From positions 4,588,001-4,652,000 of the forward strand of contig NW_026889758.1 of assembly GCF_033153115.1 (NCBI RefSeq): DNA of 64,000 bases, read 5' to 3'. Positions within the stretch are counted from its first letter, which is position 1. Every line of letters begins with the position of its first letter. This DNA comes from Saccostrea echinata (taxonomy: Eukaryota). A program made the position numbers and the translations under genes. The notes below the pieces were generated by a model, which saw only the letters and a list, made by a program, of their open reading frames with translations, made no database searches and was not told the origin of the DNA. Below are positions 1 to 10,355 of this stretch, one piece after another.

Positions 1-125
1 CTGCAGAAATCAAATACATCATGATCAAGAAAAGTTTGCAGGCGATGTTATTTAATGCTTTGCATCAACATATTATCTTGTTATAATTTTTTTGTCTAAA
101 GTCAACAAATTCTTATCGTTTTCAG

Positions 126-3100
126 TGGGAAGCGGGAAACATTATGTAATAGAGAACGTAGATCATGATGACGCTGGAATGTACATATGTGAGGCAGCCA
201 ATGGAAAGGGAGTGATGGATTCCAAAAATATAACAGTTGACGTTGAGTGTAAGAACTAGATTGTTTCGTAAGACAGAAGAGGGAGCAATTTTTTTTACAA
301 TGAATTAAACATTTTTTCATTTCATTCAATGAAAAGGTCTTTTCAGGTATTTAAAAATGATCACAGGCTGCAGAGGATTCTATTATGAGAAAAAGGATTG
401 AATATCTGAAACTGAAAATACTTTTAAAATTGTATTTTTTAAAATTCATATCGGATGCCCTTTAATACCAGTAGGTACAATTATTGCAGGTTCAAAAACA
501 GAAAAATAGGTCATAATAATAGGTCAACACTTGCCACTGGAGATTACACTAAAATCATGACATAAACACACATTGGTATGATCTTGATATTTGTACATTT
601 CAGTTGCTCCAAAGGTCGTTGTCCAGGCAGAAGTGGCACTAATGACCGGTCTGGATATGGACCTGAAATGTGAAGTTTTAGGGAATCCACCACCAATTGT
701 TACTTGGAGCAAGCAAGATAATATGTTCAAAACTGGACGAGAAACCCATAGTAAATACTCGAACACTTTTACCTTGAAAATAAGGAATATGAGTAAAAGT
801 GACTTAGGAGACTATAACTGTTCTGCTGTGAATATTCTAGGCAGTGACTATGGATTAACAACGATCAAAGGTAATCATTTTTAGATATCGTTACTCTATA
901 ACATGTAGAACGAACTGAAATCCAATATGTTAAATCTTTTCAGCAAAGGGAGAAGTTGATCACAGTTTTTAGGCTCTTGTTCAGTTACCTTGCTTTTACG
1001 TTTTATGCACCCGAAGATCGGGGACATCATATTTTTTGTAATTTTCCCGTTTTTCCTCTGTATCTGCAACTTTTAAACTGTAGTAGGTACAAAGTTTACA
1101 TATTCAACCATTGTCCTTTTAACTGTTAATTTATTCAAATCTTTCATATTCTTAAGAGTTATCTCTCTTTGTCGGCGTAATGTCATTTTTCTCACTATAT
1201 CCTTTGTAACTCACTTCTTACTTTTTTTGTAATTTTAAAGCATGAGACGATTTGAGACAATTTCGTACCCATATAATAAATGTATACTCAATATTTAAAG
1301 TAGATCGAATGTTCTTTAGAATTTATTGAGAGTTGCTTTCACTCGAGTGAAGCCATCTTCAGACAAGTTACTTCAAATAAACAATTTTATGAATACGTAC
1401 TTTTCTATTCTCTATTGAGAAGTTGATGGCTCGTTTTAATACTCCCCCTCAACTTCACTACGAGAGGCCTAATAAAAGCAGTTCAGAAATTGACTACATG
1501 AAGAACCAAAACCGGGTCCCACTTCGATCGATGTTTTAGGATTGATGCATTATCATAGACATATTTTGGATGCACAGATGTTGTTTTGCAATGGAAATGC
1601 GATTAAAAATACCGATTCTGCTGACTTAAAACACATTTATCACGGTAGAACACTTACTTGCGATATGTGTCGCCGGATTCGTTTATTCATTCAAAACTGC
1701 GTTTGAACCCGGTTGACCTCTAACAAAGTCTAAGACTATTCCTCCGGATAACTATTTAACACTGGAACATTTAATCCAATTTATCCGGAAAGAAAGTTTT
1801 AGACTTTGTTAGAGGTCAACCGGGTCCAAACGCAGTTTTGAATGAATAAACGAATCCGGCGACACAGATATCGCAAGTAAGTGTTCTACCGTGATAAATG
1901 TTTTTTAAGTCAGCAGAATCGGTATTTTTAATCGCATTTCCATTGCAAAACAACATCTGTGCATCCAAAATATGTCTATGATAATGCATCAATCCTAAAA
2001 CATCGATCGAAGTGGAACCCGGTTTTGGTTCTTCATTTAGTCAATTTCTGAACTGCTTTTATTAGGCCTCTTGTAGAGAAGTTGAGGGGGAGTATTAAAA
2101 CGAGCCATCAACTTCTCAATAGAGAATACGTACTTTTCCACAAAGTTACTTTAAATAAACAATGTAATAAATACGTACTTTTCCTCAAAGTTACTTTAAA
2201 TAAACAATATGATGAATACGTACTTTTCCGCAAAGTTAATTTCAGTTAAATCAACAATGTAATGAATATACGTATTTTTCCGCAAAGTTACTTTAAATGA
2301 ACAATGTAATGAATACGTACTTTTCCGCTAAATAAACAGTGTAATGAAGCGTACTTTGTATACGTACTTTTCCGCTATTTAAAGTTACTTTTTTAAAATA
2401 AAAATAAACAATGTAATGAATACGTACTTTTCCGCAAAAAAAGACACATCTTCGGCTTAAATTAGGCAAAACAAAGTGTAAACCCAGTATATCTATCAGA
2501 AAATGTTTAGTAGCGGTTTTTAGCCGCTTAGATAAAAGAATGATGAAATTTGTGGACATAAAACAAAAAATTCCTTTCGTTCAAATTGTCTTCAAATGGT
2601 TGGAAACAATATTTATTCCTTCTTAAATTCTATTTTTCTACATCAAACACAAAATTTCAAATAAACTTAATTGTAAATTTCAGAAATATCTAGTTAAATT
2701 GACAAATAAACGAAGAAAGTTTTAACAATACTTAACAATTAAAGGTCTAAAGACAATTCTATACTCAAGCAAATGCTAAAAAATTAAAATGTTGAAAAGA
2801 TGGACGTAAGTTTATAGCCACATTTCCACTTGTGATGAAAAAAATCCAATTGATTTCACAAGTTGTACTCTTTGTGCGCAAAGTCAGTAAATTTGCTGGA
2901 AAGAAAAGTTGTCGTTATGTATAAATGTCATTGAACTGTAGATTATGGTATGCCAGAGACAACTCGAAATCCGGAGCCTGTTGTCATAGTTTCCACGACA
3001 ACATTGAAGCAAACAACAAGATCATTAGAAGCACCCAACAAAGAAAGTAGTACATCTACATTTGCTGGAGGTATGTATTTTCTTTGTTATGTGGATCAAG

Positions 3101-3283
3101 AAACTTCTATTTTAAATCATGACTTCACGTTACCAGGCAAAATTAATCTTGCATTGAAATTATTTTTTTTCTATTTCAGAAAAGTCAGGAGAAAGCCAAG
3201 CTGTTTCAAATAGTTGCAATATTACATATTTATTGTTTTCATTATTGCTGACGCTATTAAGTATGTCAATATTACATAATTAG
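126..3283 (+). CDS. 3' part of a GPI-anchored immunoglobulin-superfamily protein (lachesin/IgLON/DIP-like); 5' end lies outside the window
   Basis: Phase-consistent GT-AG exons 126-248 (..DDAGMYICEAANGKG..), 604-870 (I-set Ig: LKCEVLGNPPPIVTW..DLGDYNCSAVNILG), 2942-3070 (Thr/Ser-rich stalk) and 3180-3283 (hydrophobic C-terminus ITYLLFSLLLTLLSMSILHN*, no cytoplasmic tail). Confidence 0.8.
1406..2128. mobile_element. Foldback/MITE-like element with about 340-bp near-perfect inverted arms
   Basis: TATTCTCTATTGAGAAGTTGATGGCTCG... at 1406 is reverse-complementary to ...CGAGCCATCAACTTCTCAATAGAGAATA at 2128. The arms converge near 1750-1785. CGTACTTTTC flanks both ends (1396-1405, 2129-2138). Confidence 0.8.
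2129..2435. repeat. About 40-45-bp minisatellite (AAAGTTACTTTAAATAAACAATGTAATGAATACGTACTTTTCCGC), with one more unit at about 1365-1405
   Basis: Repeated GAATACGTACTTTTCC core seen directly. The array is split by the 1406-2128 foldback. Confidence 0.8.
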
Positions 3284-4100
3284 TACTATTCATTTTGCAT
3301 ATAAATTCCAGAAGTGCCATGTATTTAATATCCCAAAAATTAGCAAAAATAAATATCAAGCCATTGTCATCTCACATTATAAACAATAATTCGATATAAA
3401 TACCATACCACAACCATTCCTACGTTAACAGTGAGAAATGTGGTGCTATTTTTTTTCGCCATTTGCTCGATGGAAAGCCAAAAAAATGCGAAAAAAGATA
3501 TAACAAGATACATTTGTATATGATGGATTTTACTTCAGATTCCCATATATCCATGCGTGTGTGAAAGTGAGTGTGAGTGTGTGTGTTTGTTTATAAAGAC
3601 CTTTCGCAGTAATTTGTATAATACATTTACATCATGCACCTACATGTATGTGCTTTGATGGATGAAATACTGTAATACATGTTATCCTAACACTATCATC
3701 AATTGATTTTAATTCAGCCCTATTTTATCATTTTGTGACATATAGAATTTTATAGAGAATTTTACAAAAGGTTATGAAATTATCAATGATGAAGTCTGGT
3801 TGATATCACTTTGAAAATAGATTATGTTGAATGCGATTAGGAAAGCAAATATAATTTTAGATTTATGATTCACGAAAACCTTTATTTATAGAATATATAT
3901 GAAAAAAATGATATGTGTATATATGTGGTTTCATTGGCATGTGTAGATCATTCGCAGTATATTATATTGTCTTGTATTTTTAAAACTCTGAAACAAATAA
4001 ATGTATATAATTCTGTGATGTTTTTTGTGAACTGTTCTAAATTTCTGTTATTGCAGTTTCGAGCTATTTTCTGTGATATATACATGTATATTTATATATA

Positions 4101-5255
4101 CTAGATGAAATCCCGCGCGCAAGCACGGAGAATTGAATTTATACCACTACCGACAGAAAAGTTCCAATAATATATATGACAGCCTACAGGCTTATAGCAG
4201 CAAGAAATATTTTGTTCAAAATCCCGCATTTAGTTTTGGAGCAGAAGTAAATGTACGTCTCCACCCCCCGACCTTCTTTGTAAAAACTTGAAAAATAACA
4301 ATTTCAGTAATTGACGTTTATTGTACTTCAGGTGCTCTTATTTCATCTCCGTTCAAGGATAAAAGCAGCGAATATGCACATTTTAATGATAAATTGAATT
4401 TTTCTTTTCTTTTGTTTTTTATTTGTAAACATTACCTTTTAACGCCCTATGAATAGACCGAGTATTTGATACAAAAGACTGTATTCAGAAAAAAAAAAAC
4501 TGAAGTGTATTGATCAAAGCACAAAATTTTAACAGCTTTAATTGTATTTGAACAATACCTTATTCATTAATTTTCACTTTTCATGTAAGCAAGTTAGTAC
4601 AAATTGTACTTTGGGTTCGTTGCCACGATTCTCTCAGTGAGGAATATACAAATTTTACCGATAAAATTACGAAAACCTACTGATAGTCTTTCGATATATA
4701 AATATATTCACAACTTATAATGTTATCAATGATATACAATTATTTCAATGACCATTCACACGGAAGCTTTTTTATGTTCATGCAGCTATAATCGCCTCGT
4801 TTTTCTTTTTAACATCGGACTCGATGCTATATGATGTTCTAGGAGTTTCTGTCAATATTAAGATCGCTGAATGACGAAAATAATTTGCACATTTCCCTTT
4901 TTAACTGGTTATCTCAACTTATTTCTTTTATATCATTTAAATCAAGTTTTGATTGAATAATTCAGATATGACGTTTTATGAAATAAATAAACGATTGCTT
5001 GTTGTCAGTTTCATTAAAAATTGGCCAGTAACTTAGATCCGCCAACCGGAACCGCCACCGTAATCACATGGTTGTTTATATAGAAAATCAAAGTAGACTT
5101 TTAATTTAATGTACGATACTTACTATGCGAGTGAAATCTAAGTATAATTAACGGACATCATCTTGTATCTAGTGTATATGTATTCATAGAGGAGTTAGTA
5201 ACAACTCTGGTGCACCCGTTTCGGAGTTTATTTGCAAAATTTATATATATATATA
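4101..5255 (-). mobile_element. Probable non-autonomous Helitron
   Basis: On the minus strand a GC hairpin (CCGTGCTTGCGCGCGGG) lies just upstream of a terminal CTAG at 4104-4101, followed by T. The other end is placed tentatively in the (TA)n run at about 5245-5258. Confidence 0.5.
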
Positions 5256-5710
5256 TATTATACCTCTGTGAATTTTTTCTACATAAAAGTATGACAAATA
5301 AATCTTCTATATTTTCTAAACAGTCCCTACCGTGGTATAGTTTTTGTTCTATTTGCCCATGGTGAAAGAGTCATCAAACTATTCATCGGAAGCATTCCAT
5401 TTCCCTCGTTTTTCATCTCAAAACTATATGGGCTGTTGTATTGTGACGTATCTGGTTTGTGACGTAACAAAAGTAAAGTCGGCTTCGGTATGCCCTGTTC
5501 ACACGGAGAGTTTAATTCGCAGTAAATTGATGCGAAGTAAAATGATGCTAATCAAACTAATGCGAATTAAATTGCGTTCACACGACAGCTAATGCGCAGT
5601 AAACTAATGCGAAATATAATTTTATTTCCACAACATGGCTATTCAGTGAGGCTATTATGACGTCATTTACAAATCACGTCATATTGTGCAGAGCAGATAT
5701 ACATTTAAGA

Positions 5711-6466
5711 AATAAACAACAATGTTAAAAAGTTCTTTGGGAAATGAACTTGGTTGGTCACGTGATCAAATCCTGTGAAGCCCGAAGGGCTTCTCAGAAG
5801 ATTTGATCACGTACCAACCAAGTTCATTTCCCAGTGAATTTTTAACATTGTTGTTTATTACTTTTATTTACATTTGAGACGAATATTCTGAATAGAACTG
5901 CATTTATTACACGAACGGCCCGCCGTATTCCTATGTTGTGACGCGCAATGACCTAGAAGCTGTTTGGTCTTGAGAGTTCGCCTCGCTCCAACATTTGAAT
6001 ACTTACATTGATGTTCAGCAGTCCAGTTCAGGAAATATCTGTCAGAATGAAAAAACAATGATCGCTACTGAGAATAATCTTACTATTATTGTATGAGTTC
6101 TTTATATATGAAGTCAAAAGCGGTGCTATCGTCTTCAGTGTACATACCTTCAAAGGCATTTCGGGTTAAAAAGGTAAGTGTGATTTTAGGCTAATTAGAA
6201 ACATTCTTCACACCGAAGAAAGATCTAAAGATCATTTGTTGAACGAAAAAAATATATGTTTCAATAATTTTATCTTTTTCATCGCTTTAACGGCTCGGAA
6301 GTTCCGAAACCAGTGTCACTGTGACAGAAATATGTAGACAAGATATTGTCTCGCTGTGTGATTCGGTCACGCCATGACCTCTGACCCCCTAATAAGTTCA
6401 TACAGAATTGAACATATTTTCTCTTCAATAGGTTCATCTAAGAAAAATATTTGCAAATGTAAATAA
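5711..6466. mobile_element. Palindrome-headed non-autonomous element (Crypton-like architecture)
   Basis: Imperfect palindrome 5711-5859. TTATTTACATTTG (5864-5876) is matched in inverted form by CAAATGTAAATAA (6454-6466). Confidence 0.55.
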
Positions 6467-6721
6467 TTGACATTGTGCACCTTTTAGTGATTAAAATAAT
6501 TTTCCCTTGTTTTCCACTCAAAAAAAGCACAAGTACCCAATGGATATTTGACCATCGACATGTGGCCTGTGACTTAATTCTGCCCTTACGCATGCGTCAA
6601 AATTTAATTCGCATTATCTTCGCTTAGCGTTCACACGGAGCTAATGCGAAGTAATTTAATGCGCAGTAAACTAATTCGAATTAAACTAATTCGCATTAAA
6701 TTCTCCGTGTGAACGCGCATC

Positions 6722-7116
6722 AATATAAAATACATGGTTACTGTCTTGAAATATAAGCGATATTTGGGCGAGGGTAAGAAAACGTGATAGAGGGCGAGGC
6801 TTGCCGAGCCCTCTATCACGTTTTCGACCCGAGCCCAAATATCGCTTATATTTCAAGACAGTCTCCATGTATTTTGTTTATCCTGCAACACATTTTTACA
6901 TGACCTCCAAAACGGGCTGTTTTCAACCGATTTAGGTACATCTCTGCAGTTGAAACTAAGACGCCATGGCGTAAACATTGCAATATTCATGACGTCACAA
7001 TGCATTTAGAACGTTGGAATACATGCACGAGGCTTTATTAGGGCATTGACCGAATAAAGCTTTGGTTTATTAGGCTACCTTTATTAGGTCAATACAAGAG
7101 GTAGTTGCAGGATAAA
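6722..7116. mobile_element. Palindrome-headed non-autonomous element (Crypton-like architecture)
   Basis: Palindrome 6727-6875. TTTATCCTGCAAC (6877-6889) is matched in inverted form by GTTGCAGGATAAA (7104-7116). Confidence 0.6.
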
Positions 7117-7180
7117 ATTTAATTCGCAGTAACTTACGTTTAATTCGAATTAAACTCTCCGTGTGAACAGGGCATTAAAC

Positions 7181-7319
7181 ACCTATTTACTGGCTATGAG
7201 GACAATAGCAAGTTTATCGTACCCCTCGACAGCAACTATTTCCCTGCTGTGCCTCGGGAAACAGTCGCTGTCTTGGGGGACGATAAACTTGCTGTTGTCC
7301 TCATAGCCAGTAAATAGGT
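7181..7319. repeat. About 140-bp imperfect palindrome, probably the head of another such element
   Basis: ACCTATTTACTGGCTATGAGGACAA... / ...TTGTCCTCATAGCCAGTAAATAGGT. Confidence 0.75.
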
Positions 7320-7760
7320 CTATAATAAATTCAGGACAACCGGAATTGTTAGAATGACTTGCGCGTTCCTCCGATTGTTTATCTCTATATGATATATGAT
7401 GTGTCTGACCTAATCTGCTATTCTGACACATGTTTGACACACTTAGATAGCAAATAATCTCAATTCATTCGAACAGATCGTGCATTCATTTATCTGACGT
7501 GTAAAAAAACCAAAAATATGCGAAGTAAACAGTGGTCCAATGATTTTCATTTATATCAATAAACCATACAGGTTGTATTACATATTTCTCAAAATCTGTT
7601 AGATTAATAGCCTAAGGGAAATTGCAGTGGAAGATCTTGCAGACCCGTAGCAACCCTTTTTCAGAGGAACGGGGGAGGGACAAAAACAATTAAGCCAAAA
7701 ATGTAAACTGCCCAATATAATATAATATACAGTGTAATATAATATAATTTCATATAATAT

Positions 7761-7914
7761 TGTGGTACCACAGCCCGACTCATCCGTGTACGACCTATCC
7801 AGAATAACATTGATCTCCTGACCTCCGTCTTACCAGACGTCTTCGACATAGCCTGTCATACAATTAGACATAATCTGGAGGGATTAGTCAAGTAATTCAT
7901 CGACCATTACGACA
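7761..7914 (+). repeat. 5' LTR of Gypsy-1 (154 bp)
   Basis: TGTGGTACCACAGCCCG...CATTACGACA; direct repeat of 16424-16577 with two A/G differences. Confidence 0.97.
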
Positions 7915-7915
7915 T

Positions 7916-7930
7916 TGGCGTCGCCGGTAG
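7916..7930 (+). promoter_or_regulatory. Primer binding site TGGCGTCGCCGGTAG
   Basis: Starts with TGG (complement of tRNA CCA) 1 nt after the 5' LTR. The same 14-mer lies next to the 5' LTR of Gypsy-2. Confidence 0.85.
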
Positions 7931-8493
7931 CTGTGGAATCTGCGAAATTACGCTTTTCTTGGTTACCAAATTGCAACAACGTAATTTCTTGTGAAATCAC
8001 CGAGCATCTCACGAACCACGTGTTTGCTAGTGTTGATGTTTCACAAGGTGGTTCGTAACGAATAAATATAAGTGTATGCTTTTTATAACCATAGTTTTTT
8101 AGTATTAATTATTGTCAAAACATTAATAAATGTATTAATTTTCATATTCGACCATTAACTGCATCAACATTTCATTAGGAAAAAAAGTCACGTGACTTAA
8201 ATTCCGTCGGTTTTGATATACGGCGCGCATTTCGTGTCATATAATTTTAATTGTTTCTCTAATTTGGCTTATTCCTTGAGTAATTTTTTTTTTGGTTGTT
8301 CTCTGGTTAATTGTTTCAAAAAAAAAAGAAAAGAAAAGTATCAGCTGTACTATCATTGAGATTGTAATTTCTGACAATATATCCCCATACATTGTGTAGG
8401 TATTGGGGGCCACTGGCTCTGCTTTTGCTCTAAGTTATCATTCTATTTCCTATCTTGTAAATATTTTGAAAAATAAAATATTTATCACTGATA

Positions 8494-10323
8494 ATGGCTA
8501 CAAGTAAACCAATCAATCTGTGCAACGCCTCGGAGATGGACTTGAAGTCATTGGAGGGCATTGGACAAGCTAAAGCCAAAAGAATTCTTCAACTGAGAGA
8601 AACAAAAGAAGAGTTTGACTTTAATGATGTTGCTGATGTGACCCAGATTGCACTCTCTCAATGGACAACATGGAGTGAGGCAGGTGTTGTTACCATCCAG
8701 AAGCTCCAGCCAGAGACTTCGGCAAATCAGCCTGAACACACAGCAGAGGATACAAGTGCTAAACAACTGCATCTCACTTTACTGGAGATGAACAAAAGCA
8801 TTCAAATGCTACGTGATGAAGTCAACTCCTTAAGGTCACAAGTTGTCCTGAAGTCTGATGTCGATTCTATAGGCCAATTGTACAACACGCCACCTGTACT
8901 GACAAATGAAGTTGACGCAGAGAAAAGTATTGACAAGTCGCTGACTCTTACAGCTGACACAGTTCAAATCCCAGACAAGCCGTCAGAAAAAGGGAAGGAA
9001 CAGAAGCTGATTATAGACAAATTGACATCTGTCATTCCTCCTTCAGGATACATCTCGGATCCTTTTAAAGGGGCCAAACACAAAACAAGCACACCCCTGA
9101 ATGGAAAGTTAGAGAGTGCTGATTTCCAAGATCTAACACCGATTCAGCTGAGCTCTAAGTTTGAAAAGGATCTCAACTTCCATTCCAAGAAGAAAGGAGG
9201 TGGTGAAAAGAAGATTGATGACAAATACATATTAACATCTGCTTTAGGTCCTCATACTTTCCAAGATAAGCCCAACATAATGGGGTCTTCGACTCCTAAG
9301 GAACCAAGCAGAGGTAGAAAAACAAAAACAAATAAGAGAAATAGATCCCCGTCATCCAGTTCCTCATCAGATGATACAATGTCAAAATGGACTCGTACAT
9401 CAAGGAGCAGATCCAGAAGCAAGAGCCCACAAGTTCAGAAAATGCCTGTTTTCAAAGGCACTGAAAGCCCAAATTGGGAATCCTTTATTTACCAATTTGA
9501 AAGGGTTGCTGCTCATCGTGGATGGTCATCCAATAAGAAGGCTTTCCGTCTTTTAGATTGTTTAGGAGATGTGGCTCTGGAATATGCAAGGAAAGTAAAC
9601 AAAAATGGTGACTACAAAGAGCTGAAGCGGCAGTTAAAACAGAGATTCAGCAGAAAGGAAGTACCTATTCTGGCTCGTCGCCAGCTCCCCTTTACTAAAC
9701 AACTGGAAAATGAAAATGTGGAAGAATTTGCTCAGCGTGTCTACTTTTTAGCTTTAGATGGTTATGAGAGCTGTGAAGGGAACATGATTGAGGAAATAGC
9801 AACAGAAACCTTCCTACGTGGCTGTCGGGATAAAGAAGCTGCTATGAAAGCTATGGATAGAGAACCAACAACACTTCAGAAAGCAGTAAAGTATGTGAAA
9901 ACAGCCATCGCTAACCATCGTGCTTTATATGGGACCAGAGGAAGCACCAGAATAACCACCTATTCTCAACGCCAAATTTCACTCTCGAGCAGGGAGGGCT
10001 CCCCAGCAGGTGAACCTTCTGTTTGTAGGGCTGAAACCAAGCTCTCTAAAGAGAAGGACAGCAACCATTCCTTGGATAAGCAAATCTTACACCTTACAAA
10101 TTTAGTTGAGAAATTAACCACAACAGTTCAGCAATCCTTTGGTAGAAATCAGAGTAGTTCACCACTATCGAAAGGGCATTTCCTAGAGAGATCTCGAAGT
10201 CCAAGTCGATCACCAGCCAGAGGCCAGCGCTTCTCTTCTCCAAACAAAAGAGACCACAATACATCAAATGAAGTGAAAAGCCCAATGAATGGTGATTTAA
10301 ACAGAAAAGGGTCAAGCCAGTAG
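8494..10323 (+). CDS. gag: Gag with N-terminal ComEA-type helix-hairpin-helix, SR-rich linker and retrotransposon capsid domain
   Basis: 609-aa ORF. N-terminus INLCNASEMDLKSLEGIGQAKAKRILQLRE resembles the HHH_3 pattern. Capsid-like MPVFKG..NWESFIYQFERVA..GW..LKQRF..QLENENVEEFAQRV. No CCHC knuckle seen. Confidence 0.88.
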   Translation: MATSKPINLCNASEMDLKSLEGIGQAKAKRILQLRETKEEFDFNDVADVTQIALSQWTTWSEAGVVTIQKLQPETSANQPEHTAEDTSAKQLHLTLLEMNKSIQMLRDEVNSLRSQVVLKSDVDSIGQLYNTPPVLTNEVDAEKSIDKSLTLTADTVQIPDKPSEKGKEQKLIIDKLTSVIPPSGYISDPFKGAKHKTSTPLNGKLESADFQDLTPIQLSSKFEKDLNFHSKKKGGGEKKIDDKYILTSALGPHTFQDKPNIMGSSTPKEPSRGRKTKTNKRNRSPSSSSSSDDTMSKWTRTSRSRSRSKSPQVQKMPVFKGTESPNWESFIYQFERVAAHRGWSSNKKAFRLLDCLGDVALEYARKVNKNGDYKELKRQLKQRFSRKEVPILARRQLPFTKQLENENVEEFAQRVYFLALDGYESCEGNMIEEIATETFLRGCRDKEAAMKAMDREPTTLQKAVKYVKTAIANHRALYGTRGSTRITTYSQRQISLSSREGSPAGEPSVCRAETKLSKEKDSNHSLDKQILHLTNLVEKLTTTVQQSFGRNQSSSPLSKGHFLERSRSPSRSPARGQRFSSPNKRDHNTSNEVKSPMNGDLNRKGSSQ

Positions 10324-10355
10324 GCCAACACTTGACCCATGATGAAAGTGGCCTA
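10296..10355 (+). promoter_or_regulatory. -1 programmed ribosomal frameshift signal (T TTA AAC plus predicted pseudoknot)
   Basis: TTTAAAC at 10296-10302 is in the correct gag phase. The -1 frame is open from 10296 into the protease. Stems: GGGTCAAG/CTTGACCC and TAGGCCA/TGGCCTA. Confidence 0.8.

Larger units (their letters stand above)
5491..7174. mobile_element. TIR element (PIF/Harbinger-like MITE) with sub-terminal repeat motifs, hosting two nested insertions
   Basis: TIR TGCCCTGTTCACACGGAGAGTTTAATTCG (5491) / CGAATTAAACTCTCCGTGTGAACAGGGCA (ending 7174). Many AAACTAATGCG(A/C)AGT-like motifs at 5515-5615 and 6600-6716. Flanks are GTA/TTA (imperfect 3-bp TSD). Confidence 0.7.
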
